DNA from: a virus
Lineage: Duplodnaviria > Caudoviricetes
Length of the DNA stretch: 38,081 nucleotides
Strand: one strand, 5' to 3'
IMG/VR virus record: IMGVR_UViG_3300011444_000015
Location: 1-38,081 of that record
Positions 1-9,919 of this stretch are shown in pieces. Under the pieces are notes generated by a model. The model was not told the DNA's origin and did no database searches. It saw only the letters and a program-made list of their open reading frames with translations. Positions within the stretch are counted from its first letter, which is position 1; each line of letters begins with the position of its first letter. The translations under genes were made by a program, and so were the position numbers.

Positions 1-2
1 CC

Positions 3-407
3 TGGCTGCCGTTAATCGTTCGGCTTTGGCACTGGCGGATTTCGTGGTTCGGCCTGCGCCGGATCAACCTGGCGCGCGCGTTGACCCTACTCACGGATCA
101 CATCAACAAGTCTTACAAGTTCCGGCCATACATCTTGCCGAACCACGACGCGGAAGGTTGCAATATGAGCAGCTCACAAGAGCAGATATTACTGACGCAA
201 TTGGTGAGTAAGTTTTCGATGTCGTTTAATGAATCGGTAAACTTCTCATGGTCGCGGGCTCATTGGATTTATGGCAGTGCGTCTGAAATGGCTGGTGCAG
301 TCCAGTTATCGACGCCGGAAGGATTGGTTGAAGCGCGGAAAAAGGCGGATGAGGCGCACGAGAAATTCGCGGAACTATTGCGACTCGGAAAGGTTGCGCG
401 ACCATGA
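3..407 (+). CDS. 5'-truncated hypothetical protein, possible tail assembly chaperone
   Basis: Frame is open from position 3 (WLPLIVRLWHW...) into ORF 81..407. Stop overlaps the tape-measure start (ATGA). Confidence 0.5.
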   Translation, partial: WLPLIVRLWHWRISWFGLRRINLARALTLLTDHINKSYKFRPYILPNHDAEGCNMSSSQEQILLTQLVSKFSMSFNESVNFSWSRAHWIYGSASEMAGAVQLSTPEGLVEARKKADEAHEKFAELLRLGKVARP

Positions 408-1708
408 GCTTTCTTTCGCTCATTTTCCGGTTGCAAGGCGACAATTCCGACTTCAAATCGAAGGTTCGGGATAGCCAGCATTCAGTCGAAGGCCTGGCCG
501 GCAAGCTGCACAGCATCGGCGCAGGCATCAAGATGGGTCTTGAAGCGTTCGGAGCCGAGAAGCTGGTCGAAGGCTTTCATCAGTTGGCCGAATACGGCGC
601 GCACCTGAAGGACATCGAGGAACGGCTTGACCTGGGCGCAGAGGCAACGCAGCGGTATGCGAATTCCGCGCGGCGGTCCGGCACTGACATCGACACCGTT
701 GCTGCATCATTCGACAAGATGCGCAAGAATTTGGGCACATCACTCGGCACAGGTAAAGAAGCCGAGAAAATGCGAGACCACTTCGAGGAGTTGGGGATTA
801 GTCTCGACGACATCAAGAGCAAGCAGCCGGAACAGATTTTCGACGCCATGCTTGATAAGATGGCCAGCGGACAGATGACGCTGGAACAATTTACGGCCGG
901 GACGGAAACACTCGGCAAAGGCTTCGCTAAGCTTATCCCGTTCGCGATCGATTTTGGCCATCACCACGGCGATCTGCTCTTTTCGCAAGCCGAGATCGAT
1001 ACGCTGAAGCAGGCCAATGATAAATACGGCGACCTGAAAACCAATCTGATGGTAGCTGGCGCGAAGGTCATGACAAAGATTCAGGAGTTTGGTGGTTTGG
1101 TTGGCGGCATTTTACATGGTAACCCGATGGCTTATGCTGATGGCGAATGGCAGGAACGTAAAGACCGCGAAGAAGAGGAGGAACGAAAGCGCGAGTTGAA
1201 GAAAAAGGCCGAAGAACTAGCCGAACAGCAGCGCAAAAAGGATGAAGATGAAGCGACTGCGCGCAAGGCAAACTCGGCCACAATGGAGCGTGTAGAACAT
1301 CTGGATAAATCGACGGACGACATCAACGAGAAGAACCGCAAGAAAGCGCTGACCGACGAAGAGCGATTGAATGAGCTTATCGCGAAGCGGGTAAAGCTGA
1401 AAGAGCACCTTGACTACTTTGACAAGTTCAATGATCAGCGAGAGGCAAACCCTGAGACTGCCGAGGCTGATGCCAGGGTTAGAAAAGAACTGGCCGAGAC
1501 GAATCAGGAGATCCAACAGGAGTCTGAGAAACACCGCCAAACATACGAGAAGCCTGACGTAGATGCTGGCGCGCGCGTTGGTCTGTTCATTGGCGGTCGC
1601 CGTGACCCATTGGTTGATATTAATACCCAGCATTTGAATGTCTCCCGAGAGATAAAGGCCGTGCTGGACGACATCAAAAACCAGAAGCCGAAGGAGATTT
1701 TCAGCTAA
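404..1708 (+). CDS. Short tail tape-measure-like protein
   Basis: N-terminal LQGDNSDFKSK, then helical Ala/Gly-rich segment (FEELGISLDDIKSKQPEQIFD) and charged coiled coil. Located at the head of the tail genes. Confidence 0.7.
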   Translation: MSFLSLIFRLQGDNSDFKSKVRDSQHSVEGLAGKLHSIGAGIKMGLEAFGAEKLVEGFHQLAEYGAHLKDIEERLDLGAEATQRYANSARRSGTDIDTVAASFDKMRKNLGTSLGTGKEAEKMRDHFEELGISLDDIKSKQPEQIFDAMLDKMASGQMTLEQFTAGTETLGKGFAKLIPFAIDFGHHHGDLLFSQAEIDTLKQANDKYGDLKTNLMVAGAKVMTKIQEFGGLVGGILHGNPMAYADGEWQERKDREEEEERKRELKKKAEELAEQQRKKDEDEATARKANSATMERVEHLDKSTDDINEKNRKKALTDEERLNELIAKRVKLKEHLDYFDKFNDQREANPETAEADARVRKELAETNQEIQQESEKHRQTYEKPDVDAGARVGLFIGGRRDPLVDINTQHLNVSREIKAVLDDIKNQKPKEIFS

Positions 1709-2511
1709 TGCCAGGTGAAATAAATGCAACCGGAGCACCGCCGCGTTATAAGGGCGCGGCATCCGCGCAGCAATCCGTTGAGCACCGTTACACGCGCGGG
1801 AAGGGATGGACATCCATCAAGCGCGACCGCGGGACCATTGACCAGCTCAAGGGCCAGATGTCCGCGCTGACGGCTTACGCTAACGAGATCGTCATAATTG
1901 ACAGTGGGATGTATTCGGAATTGACGGCGACATGGACCGGCATCGAGCCAGGCACCGCCGACGTGGACGTAGTTCCAATTTGGGAGCTACACCAAAACGT
2001 TATCGATTTGGACGCGCTGTTTTCTGATTCAGCGAATGAGATTGAGTTTGAATTCCCTGGCGCAATCCAAGCAATCCGCTTCGCGATCATCGAATTCAAG
2101 AAGAAGTCTGACTTAAACGGGGTCACGCTTCCGTATCGGTCAACCACGATTTCAAACAAAGTCATTGACCCAGCTTTTCAAGCTCAGGCTTACGCACTGT
2201 TCGACACCATCATTGCCGGGACGGATCATTTTCGGTTTTATCAGCCAGTTCTTTCGCGGACCATCGTTGTCCAGACCGTCAATGAAACTTACAAAGAGGA
2301 ATCCCCCAAGATTTACGAGTCTACCACCATCCTGAAGGCGCACCTCGATATTCCGGCCACGATTCAGGCCGCGATTCCGGACGTCGGCCAATGGCTTGAG
2401 ACGCCGCCGCTTGTTCAGCAGACCGCGCAAGGCAAGTTCCAGATTCATCAAACCTGGGAATGGGAAGAGGAAATAGAGGATCTATTCTACCGTAACCGCG
2501 TGACATCATGA
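1708..2511 (+). CDS. Putative virion/tail protein
   Basis: 267 aa ORF translationally coupled (TAATG) to the tape-measure gene. Confidence 0.6.
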   Translation: MPGEINATGAPPRYKGAASAQQSVEHRYTRGKGWTSIKRDRGTIDQLKGQMSALTAYANEIVIIDSGMYSELTATWTGIEPGTADVDVVPIWELHQNVIDLDALFSDSANEIEFEFPGAIQAIRFAIIEFKKKSDLNGVTLPYRSTTISNKVIDPAFQAQAYALFDTIIAGTDHFRFYQPVLSRTIVVQTVNETYKEESPKIYESTTILKAHLDIPATIQAAIPDVGQWLETPPLVQQTAQGKFQIHQTWEWEEEIEDLFYRNRVTS

Positions 2512-3152
2512 GGCCGCTTCCGCCAAAGCTGATCGACCAAGGGGTAATGGCGACCTGGCTCAATTGGTTGCGCGATTGCGTGGCCGACCGCACGCCGCAG
2601 CGCAGTTTTAATTCTAGGATGTCAGCAGGAAAGGGGGGATTTAGAACAACGCCGCGCACCGATGATGCCATTTCTAGCAGCGGTTCCACGGTTGAACTCT
2701 ACCAAATCGTTGCCATTGGAAATGACACGCTTTCCGCCAGGGCAATCACCTTCGACGAAACGACCGGCGCCAAAGTGCTTTCGACCACCATCGACACAAT
2801 TGCAAAACCGTATTATCTGCGCGTGTCGCCAACGAACGGCACGACCGTCGGCGGTGGGGTCATTAGCTTTCCGGACCCCAACACTAAACGCACGACTTAC
2901 GCAACGCTGCAGGGCGTGGCAAATGTGGTCATCAACAAGTCACTGACCCCGCCTTACGTGGTTGGCGACGAGATCTGGGCCGTCGATGGCGACACGAGCG
3001 TTGCGACCGGGACCGCTCCAGATCTTGTTCGTGTGACGCTGGAGGATTTAAACGTCGATGCCCGGGAATGGTTATTTCCCGAGCGGTTCGTGAAGGTGTG
3101 CGTCAATGGCGCGACACTCAATATGGTGGTTTACGGGTCGGCACCGTTTTAA
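2508..3152 (+). CDS. Putative virion/tail protein
   Basis: 214 aa, beta/Thr-rich, ATGA-coupled to the upstream gene. Confidence 0.6.
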   Translation: MRPLPPKLIDQGVMATWLNWLRDCVADRTPQRSFNSRMSAGKGGFRTTPRTDDAISSSGSTVELYQIVAIGNDTLSARAITFDETTGAKVLSTTIDTIAKPYYLRVSPTNGTTVGGGVISFPDPNTKRTTYATLQGVANVVINKSLTPPYVVGDEIWAVDGDTSVATGTAPDLVRVTLEDLNVDAREWLFPERFVKVCVNGATLNMVVYGSAPF

Positions 3153-3154
3153 AA

Positions 3155-4045
3155 ATGTCCTGCACTCCAGACCCAGTTATTCCGATGCTGGATTGCTGCC
3201 AGCCCCAATTGTGCTTCGATGCGTATCAGGTCTATGCGGAGCGGGATTTATTCAACTATTACCGAAGCATTGAGCCAGACGGGACTATCCGTTTTTGGTT
3301 GTCTTCCCGATCCTTTTGTGGGCCATTCATAGCTAATCCGCCAACATTTCCAATCACCAGAACAATCAACCGCTACGACTATTCAATCACGCTGGATCAG
3401 CCTACCACGGCGCCTTATGGCCTGTGTGATGTTGAGGAACTCACGGGAATGCTTGCGGTTGGTGGATACGATGTTTATGTCCAACAGGGCGGACCCAGAC
3501 CTACCGACCGTGATGCTTACCTAACCAACGAGATTTCTATTTCAGATATATTTGCAGATTTGGAAACCCTGCTTGCTGTTCCGTTTCCAATCCCCGGAGA
3601 GCACCCTAAGATTTTTCTGGATGGAACAGCACTGACGACCGTTCCGCCATTGTCCAACTTCAGGCGCACCAAAGCGGTCACGTTTAGAATCTGGTCTGAA
3701 TTTAATTCGGCTGGTGTGCCGATAAGATCGGCGCGCGGGTATACCCGCAACGGCATTCCTGACGCGCAAAACGTCGGCGGATCTACACTCGGTGTCGGTA
3801 ATTGCTGGTGGGCAGGTCGAAGAATATGGCCATTCAAGGAATTCATCGCAGCGCAAAAAATGCGGATCAACGTTCAGGGTCAATATTGCATTGCTGATGA
3901 TGTGGCTCGGTCGTGCCAGTCCTTCGACACTGGATCAGCATGGACCCAAATTGACATCTTGCCACCAGATATCCCGCAGCAGCTCCTAACTTACAGCGAG
4001 GGAAATCGCTACCTCGACACAGGATGCCTATGTCCGTTCACCTAA
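3155..4045 (+). CDS. Putative tail-tip protein with Cys-rich termini
   Basis: ATG 3155 follows the stop at 3152. MSC...DCCQPQLC at the N-terminus and GCLCPFT at the C-terminus. Confidence 0.55.
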   Translation: MSCTPDPVIPMLDCCQPQLCFDAYQVYAERDLFNYYRSIEPDGTIRFWLSSRSFCGPFIANPPTFPITRTINRYDYSITLDQPTTAPYGLCDVEELTGMLAVGGYDVYVQQGGPRPTDRDAYLTNEISISDIFADLETLLAVPFPIPGEHPKIFLDGTALTTVPPLSNFRRTKAVTFRIWSEFNSAGVPIRSARGYTRNGIPDAQNVGGSTLGVGNCWWAGRRIWPFKEFIAAQKMRINVQGQYCIADDVARSCQSFDTGSAWTQIDILPPDIPQQLLTYSEGNRYLDTGCLCPFT

Positions 4046-4332
4046 AACTTTCCGACCTGCACGCAAATGAGGAAGCCGGGCTTGTCCGGTTTGGATTTGC
4101 TGACGCGATTACGGCGCAAGGTCAGCTCAGTGGTGACACCGTAGAAATTGACCTCAATCTATACGGTGAAGTGTTTCACGAATACAGGCCGATACGCGGG
4201 CTTGGCGACTTGGTGGCTGGCGTGGCGCAGCCGATTGCCAAAGCCATCGACTCTATTGCCGGAACCAATCTCCAAAACTGCGGCGCCTGCAAGGCCAGGC
4301 AGGCCGCACTGAACGAGATAATCCCGCTCTGA
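4024..4332 (+). CDS. Small phage protein with CxxC motif
   Basis: GLGDLVAGVAQPIAKAID...NCGACKARQAALN. Confidence 0.6.
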   Translation: MPMSVHLKLSDLHANEEAGLVRFGFADAITAQGQLSGDTVEIDLNLYGEVFHEYRPIRGLGDLVAGVAQPIAKAIDSIAGTNLQNCGACKARQAALNEIIPL

Positions 4333-4340
4333 TTTCAGCC

Positions 4341-4368
4341 TTGCCAAGTCCCGTTTAGGCTCTCAAGG
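4341..4368 (+). promoter_or_regulatory. Candidate late promoter TTGCCA-N17-CAAGG (copy 1)
   Basis: Same motif with identical spacing at 33003 and 35862, each in an intergenic gap before structural genes. Confidence 0.55.
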
Positions 4369-4378
4369 AGCGCTCGGA

Positions 4379-5014
4379 ATGTCGGAACCGATCAGCCTTT
4401 TCATTGATATTTTTGGACATGGCAATTACATGTCCGAAAAGTCGCTGCGCAAGGCCAGCATCGGCGATCTGTTTTACGGCGACGTTCCAAGCTTCCGCAT
4501 CTACCTGCTCAGCCCAAACAAATCGACGGCAGGCCAGCATCCAACGCCTTGGGACGTAGTCAACATCTCGGACCTAGCGTTACAGATGGCGCTCGGGCCG
4601 GTGCAATCCAATGACCCGACGACGCCGTATTGCGTGCAAGCTGCCTGGTCGAAGGATGCTGACAACAAATTCTTTTACGCCGATTTCTCACTGGCCACTG
4701 GGCTGTTGCAGTCCGCGCTCGGAGCAAGTTCCAGCATTACCAGCACACTGGAAATCAAGCAGGACAAAGGCGGCAACAAGACCACGATTTACCAGCAGAC
4801 GGTCACCATAAAACCGCGTGCGATCGGTCCGACGACCGTAGTTCCCGCCACTCCAGACACGCCGATCTCGAAAGAGGAAGCGAATGGAACATACGCCAAG
4901 AACATCGGCGACGTCGGCGCGGTTCAGCGCTTCGTCAGCGCGAATGGACTCTATGCGGTCGATCTGTTTGTTGATAACGACGGGGTTTTCCACACGGAGC
5001 AAGTCACAATATGA
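4379..5014 (+). CDS. Putative virion protein (baseplate/fibre-attachment-like)
   Basis: 211 aa, AAGGAG ribosome-binding site upstream, directly precedes the Gly-rich fibre-like gene. Confidence 0.6.
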   Translation: MSEPISLFIDIFGHGNYMSEKSLRKASIGDLFYGDVPSFRIYLLSPNKSTAGQHPTPWDVVNISDLALQMALGPVQSNDPTTPYCVQAAWSKDADNKFFYADFSLATGLLQSALGASSSITSTLEIKQDKGGNKTTIYQQTVTIKPRAIGPTTVVPATPDTPISKEEANGTYAKNIGDVGAVQRFVSANGLYAVDLFVDNDGVFHTEQVTI

Positions 5015-7794
5015 ACCGGTTTTTGCTTTTCATTCTGGCGTTGTTTTCGTGCTCTGCTTTCGCGGACACGATCACGACTGAAATCATTGTTACCAACACG
5101 CCGGCGACGGGTTACAATCTCACCTATTACGGCGGGTTCCGGTATTGGACCAATGCGCGGACGGCGACCACGTTCGATACCAACGGCGTGACCGATGTCA
5201 ACTACGCCGCAACGAATCTCTACTCGCAATTCGCGCTCAATCCGCCAAATGACGCGACATACGGGCGGGTGCGCGCCAGCCGCGGCGCCACGAATTCCAT
5301 AAAGCTGCTCGCGCCAGTCGGACTCATTCCGACGATGAGCCAGAACTCAAACTGGATACGCTGGGTCTTCACCACGAACTTGACGCAACCGGCGACAAAC
5401 ATCGCAGTCCCGGCGGCAAAGGCATGGCCTATCGTCACGGACCGAACCAACATTATCGGGCAACTGCAAAGCGACCTCGTGGATTACGGCGCCGCTGGGA
5501 AGAGTTACCCGACGAATGACGCACGACTCACGAACTATCTCGGGACCGGCAATTACCCACAGCGCGCGCGGGGCGCATTGACGTTGGACCAAATCGCTGG
5601 CGGAACAAATACCGGATTGATTTACGGTGGCACATATCGCTCAAACATCCTCACGGGGACTGAGATTAAACAGACCTTCATGAGTGAGACTGGCCACATT
5701 GACCTTTTCAATTATGGAGCGTTTCCAGTCTATAAAACAGGGTTCCGGTTCGCATCCCTATTTGACCCACTCGGGACATACGGCGTTCTGACGTTCGACG
5801 CCGAGGAACCGCTAATGAGTTACTGGGTTGTGACCAATGGCGTGGCGCAACCTGCCGACGTGATTATGTGGGGCGGTGGGCTGGATGCCGTTCTGAACGT
5901 GCAATCCGCAATGAGGATTTTCCCGTTGCTGAACACCACGCTGATCCCAATCGGAGTGACGCCTTCAAATTATTGGACGAGCGTGAACACGTGGGACAAT
6001 TCCACGAATACATTTTTGTCATTGGTGACCATGCGCGGGGGCGCGAACGTCATCGGTGGGACTTGGCAGTCTGGCACAGCAAGTAACTTTTCTTCGCTCA
6101 ATACGCTCGGGACCAATTCACTGCAATATGGCACGAACGTGAATCGTGGCGACATTTCTTATCCGTGGTATGACCTCAACACTGTTGCGGCTGGAAACAA
6201 TATATCGCTTCCAATTGGAACGAATTACTATGTGAATTTGAGCGGCAATCCAGCGGCAGCCGCGATCTGCGGAATCGTAGGGCCGCGCGACGGCAGGCCG
6301 GTGAAGTTTAACAATGCCTCGGCCTTCCCGATTACGCTTGCTCAGAACACGGCTGACCCAATCGTGGCAAACCGAATCGGCGCGAATATCGCCGGCGATT
6401 GGACATTCCAACCGGGTGAGATGTTCGAGGTGGCCTGGAATCCCAAATATGGGACGTGGCGCTTTGAGATCCCCACGGCGGCGGGGACGAATTTCGTGAC
6501 GACAGGTCGCAACGATACCAACCTGATTGTCTGGCCAAGCTCATCAAGCAATGTGCCACTCACCGTCAACGGAGCCGCGAACCAAAACACAAATTTACTG
6601 AACTTCGTGGATTCCAACGGGAAGGTATTAAGCGCTGTCGTAGCGGGCGGAGGTCTTCACATCGGCGGCTCCAATAATGTTGGCCCGAGCAATCTCGTGG
6701 TGGAGGGATCTGCGAGCGTCGTTGGGCCAATTACGAATACTTATTTGACGGCGACCAGGCCAGTGGTTGCGGGAGCGGGGCAGCAATTGACGAATGCGAG
6801 CGGGACGCCGGATGGTTTTAAATTTACGCGCGATGACGGATCACTGCAATGGCCGGCGCTCGAAAGTGGATGGTTCGGCGATGGATCAGACGGCTCTGCC
6901 TTGTTTGATGGAAGCTCCGTCGTCCAAGGCTTGACTCCGACCAACAATACATACTGGTTGCTGAAACCACTCTTTCTCACTTGGGCCAACCTATCGGTTA
7001 CCGCTGGAATTTTTCCGAACGGTTTCCCGATCTATTGCACTGGCGTTTTTACCAACGCTGGCTCGATCACGAATAATGGGGCGAATGGTTGGGCAGGGAC
7101 AAATACGGGACCGGCCGGCGGCGTTGGCACGGATTCGGCGTCTGCTGAATTAGGCGAGGGCCGAGCCGGGCGCGCTGGTGGCACCGGCCAAACGGGGGCC
7201 GGAAGCAGCGGCGGCAGTGCAACTAGCGCGACGCTGCATACGGGCGGTGCGGGTGGGAGCGGCGGTGGCGGCGGTGCTGCAAGCGCGGCTGGCGGATTGG
7301 GCGGGAACGGACCTTCGCTGACGCAACGGATCGCCCGTTATTTGATGAACAAGTTCGGAGCACTTACGGGCTCGGCCACGTTTACGCGATTTACTGGCGG
7401 CGGCGGAGGAGCCGGCGGTGGTGGGGGAGCGGGTTCTGGTGCTTCCTCTGGCGCTGGCGGAGGTGCTGGCGGGACTGGTGGCGGAGTCATTGCGATCTTT
7501 GCGAGTGGCGTCACGAATACAGGAACAATCTCGGCTAATGGCGGTGCTGGCGGAAATGGTCCAGCGGCATCGAACGCCAATACCGCTGGGGGAGGCGGAG
7601 GAGGCGGCGGCGGTGGTGGACTTGTTTATCTGGTCTACAAATCAATCGCGAACTCCGGGACGATCTCGGCCAACGGCGGGACGTTTGGGACTGGCGGAGC
7701 TGGAAACGGCACGGGCTTGACCGGGACCAACGGCGCGCCTGGGACCAACGGTTTCGTGATCAAGTATAACATGATCACGCATGCGTTTGAATGA
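5011..7794 (+). CDS. Large Thr/Asn-rich protein with signal peptide and C-terminal glycine-rich domain (tail-fibre/adhesin-like)
   Basis: MNRFLLFILALFSCSAFA-DT signal peptide. FGDGSDG motif followed by GGGGGG runs and GTISANGG repeats, as in phage glycine-rich fibre domains. Confidence 0.7.
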   Translation: MNRFLLFILALFSCSAFADTITTEIIVTNTPATGYNLTYYGGFRYWTNARTATTFDTNGVTDVNYAATNLYSQFALNPPNDATYGRVRASRGATNSIKLLAPVGLIPTMSQNSNWIRWVFTTNLTQPATNIAVPAAKAWPIVTDRTNIIGQLQSDLVDYGAAGKSYPTNDARLTNYLGTGNYPQRARGALTLDQIAGGTNTGLIYGGTYRSNILTGTEIKQTFMSETGHIDLFNYGAFPVYKTGFRFASLFDPLGTYGVLTFDAEEPLMSYWVVTNGVAQPADVIMWGGGLDAVLNVQSAMRIFPLLNTTLIPIGVTPSNYWTSVNTWDNSTNTFLSLVTMRGGANVIGGTWQSGTASNFSSLNTLGTNSLQYGTNVNRGDISYPWYDLNTVAAGNNISLPIGTNYYVNLSGNPAAAAICGIVGPRDGRPVKFNNASAFPITLAQNTADPIVANRIGANIAGDWTFQPGEMFEVAWNPKYGTWRFEIPTAAGTNFVTTGRNDTNLIVWPSSSSNVPLTVNGAANQNTNLLNFVDSNGKVLSAVVAGGGLHIGGSNNVGPSNLVVEGSASVVGPITNTYLTATRPVVAGAGQQLTNASGTPDGFKFTRDDGSLQWPALESGWFGDGSDGSALFDGSSVVQGLTPTNNTYWLLKPLFLTWANLSVTAGIFPNGFPIYCTGVFTNAGSITNNGANGWAGTNTGPAGGVGTDSASAELGEGRAGRAGGTGQTGAGSSGGSATSATLHTGGAGGSGGGGGAASAAGGLGGNGPSLTQRIARYLMNKFGALTGSATFTRFTGGGGGAGGGGGAGSGASSGAGGGAGGTGGGVIAIFASGVTNTGTISANGGAGGNGPAASNANTAGGGGGGGGGGGLVYLVYKSIANSGTISANGGTFGTGGAGNGTGLTGTNGAPGTNGFVIKYNMITHAFE

Positions 7795-8651
7795 GTGCCT
7801 CTGTCATCACTGGAAAAATTCAGGACATCATTGCGGGCACGTCCGCGCGCGCGATGATGTTCGAATCGATTTCTGATCCATCGTTCGACATTGGCGGCAT
7901 AGTCACGCTCAACACGCAAAAGCAAATCAACTGCGCAGCCGATGGAACCTTCAGCATCACGCTCCACGCTGGTAGCTATCGCGTGGTTGTTTCCGATACA
8001 TGGCAGCGGTCAGTCTGGAAAATCACAGTGCCAACCGACGGCCTTGCGCATGACATATCGAGCATTCGCGTCACAGGCACGCCGGCGACCGTTGATACTT
8101 ATTACACCGCGGCGGCGATTGACGGACTGCTGGCGATACGAGAGACAAGAATTTTCCAGAGTGGCTCGACAGTCGTTCTGAACTCCGGCGGCGGTTATCA
8201 ATCTTTAATGGGTGACGGTATTGGCTCCCTGATTCTTCCCGCTGGTTTCTGGGCGACCAATAAGTCCGTTCGGTTCGAGGCGTGGGGAAGTCTCACCACT
8301 GGAGCGGTTGGGGCATCTCTGCCGTTTAACGCCAATTGGGGAACCGGAGATTTTGATTCCGGCGTGTGTAATTCGTGGACGGTCCCGATCAATTTGACAA
8401 GCGCCAATTGGAAACTGGAGCTAATGATGAACGCCAGGACGATTGGCGCACCGGGAGTGATGGTAAATAATTTCGCGCTTAATCTGCACACGGCGGGTGC
8501 GTCAGTGGCTGGCGCACCTGTAGCTATTCGGAATCTATTCACCTACAATTCAGGCAATCTGACCGGTGGCGCACTGAACCTGACCGCAAATATCTTCGGT
8601 GCTGGTGCGTCCATGACTGTCAATTCGCTCCTGATAAAAACTGTCGCATGA
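7791..8651 (+). CDS. Putative minor tail/fibre protein
   Basis: N-terminal ADGTFSITLHAGSYRV resembles prophage tail-fibre N-terminal beta-sandwiches. ATGA-coupled. Confidence 0.55.
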   Translation: MSASVITGKIQDIIAGTSARAMMFESISDPSFDIGGIVTLNTQKQINCAADGTFSITLHAGSYRVVVSDTWQRSVWKITVPTDGLAHDISSIRVTGTPATVDTYYTAAAIDGLLAIRETRIFQSGSTVVLNSGGGYQSLMGDGIGSLILPAGFWATNKSVRFEAWGSLTTGAVGASLPFNANWGTGDFDSGVCNSWTVPINLTSANWKLELMMNARTIGAPGVMVNNFALNLHTAGASVAGAPVAIRNLFTYNSGNLTGGALNLTANIFGAGASMTVNSLLIKTVA

Positions 8652-8815
8652 AATTCTTTGACATAGAGGACTTAAAAACAACGATGGCAGGCGCGGTTGG
8701 AATATCAACGATGACGTTCCATGGATTCGTTGTGGAATGCACCGCCGTAGGGCTATGCCTTTATGTTTGGTGCAGGGCCATACGGGCGTGGAAAAACCGG
8801 AAGGGGAAGGAATGA
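8648..8815 (+). CDS. Small membrane protein, holin-like (55 aa; below ORF-track cutoff)
   Basis: MKFFDIEDLK...VGLCLYVWCRAIRAWKNRKGKE: hydrophobic core with basic C-tail. ATGA-coupled. Confidence 0.5.
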   Translation: MKFFDIEDLKTTMAGAVGISTMTFHGFVVECTAVGLCLYVWCRAIRAWKNRKGKE

Positions 8816-8816
8816 C

Positions 8817-9104
8817 ATGACCGAATTTCTCATCAACGCAAAAGACTCGCTGGTTTATTGGAAGATGGCTGTCGTTCACGCGCTGCTGTTTTCCGCGATG
8901 TCCGGCGGCGGTGCCTGGATTGCGGCAACGTCCAGCATCACGGCTCAACAATGGTCCGGCATGGGCGGTTGGGACCGGTCCAAGCTCTACGTCGGCGTCG
9001 GGATGACCGTCTGCGGCTCAATCATGGCTTTCCTGAACAAAACAATGTCGGAATTACGAAACGCGCAAGCGGAAAGTGTTCCGACTCTCGACATACCAAA
9101 ATAA
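8817..9104 (+). CDS. Two-TM membrane protein, holin-like
   Basis: ATG 8817 follows the stop at 8815. Two hydrophobic segments. Confidence 0.5.
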   Translation: MTEFLINAKDSLVYWKMAVVHALLFSAMSGGGAWIAATSSITAQQWSGMGGWDRSKLYVGVGMTVCGSIMAFLNKTMSELRNAQAESVPTLDIPK

Positions 9105-9108
9105 AACT

Positions 9109-9378
9109 ATGCACTACAAAAACGGACGACCGGCAAATAATGGGGACAAGGTAATTGTAATCCCCACCTACGGCGCGCCATATGCCGGTATCCTTTATGA
9201 CGCGACTGCTGGGAACGATTGTTGCAATGGTCTGGTTGCGATCACCAGACCAGGTGACCCGTGCCCAAACCTGAAAGAATGCCTTCATGCTGATGACGTC
9301 GCCGCTCTCGGGGTTTCTGTCCCGGACGCACGTGTGCAGGCCGTCGTTCAATCATCGCCAGCCGCAAGCCCCCTATGA
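9109..9378 (+). CDS. Hypothetical protein
   Basis: MHYKNGRPANNGDKV...; fits the operon spacing. Confidence 0.6.
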   Translation: MHYKNGRPANNGDKVIVIPTYGAPYAGILYDATAGNDCCNGLVAITRPGDPCPNLKECLHADDVAALGVSVPDARVQAVVQSSPAASPL

Positions 9379-9752
9379 AAATACTGAAAATCCCACTACT
9401 CTGTTTCCTGCTGGCCTTCTGCTCAATGCAATTCGCCGGTTGCAAATCACCCGAGACCGTGGCCTACAAGGTCACGGGCGCCACTGTGCTCACCGTTGAC
9501 GCCGCCATGAATGCATGGGGCGATTACGTCCGTGCCGGTCGCGCCACGGATGCGCAGCAGGCGAAGGTGCGCGAGGTCTATGGCAAATACCTGGCAGCGA
9601 TTCAACTCGAACGCGCGGCGGTCCTGTCGTACAAGGCCAACGGCGACACTAACGCCATCAGCCGCGTGATTGGAACCGTCTCTGCGTCATCGTCCGAGGT
9701 CATCGGGCTCATTCAAGCGTTTCTGCCAACCATTCAATCGAAAGGAAATTAA
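9375..9752 (+). CDS. Lipoprotein
   Basis: Signal peptide ending in lipobox FAG-C, followed by a helical body. Confidence 0.7.
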   Translation: MKILKIPLLCFLLAFCSMQFAGCKSPETVAYKVTGATVLTVDAAMNAWGDYVRAGRATDAQQAKVREVYGKYLAAIQLERAAVLSYKANGDTNAISRVIGTVSASSSEVIGLIQAFLPTIQSKGN

Positions 9753-9919
9753 TGTCACCCGAACTGATTCTCGTCGTCGCGCAACTGCTGCTGAAATATG
9801 GGCCGGAACTTGCGCAAGGTTTCGTCAGCATCCTGCACAAGACTGACCCGACGCTGGACGATTGGGCCGCAGTGTTCGCACACGCCAAGACCTACGACCA
9901 ATACGTTGCGGCCAAGTGA
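9752..9919 (+). CDS. Small hypothetical protein (55 aa)
   Basis: MSPELILVVAQLLLKYGPELAQ...; TAATG-coupled with AAAGGA upstream. Confidence 0.6.
   Translation: MSPELILVVAQLLLKYGPELAQGFVSILHKTDPTLDDWAAVFAHAKTYDQYVAAK

Noticed and set aside
7080-7760. Collagen or PE-PGRS gene; Pro-rich antisense ORF 7338-7580
   Set aside because: No sustained Gly-X-Y periodicity or PE domain; the antisense ORF mirrors Gly codons.
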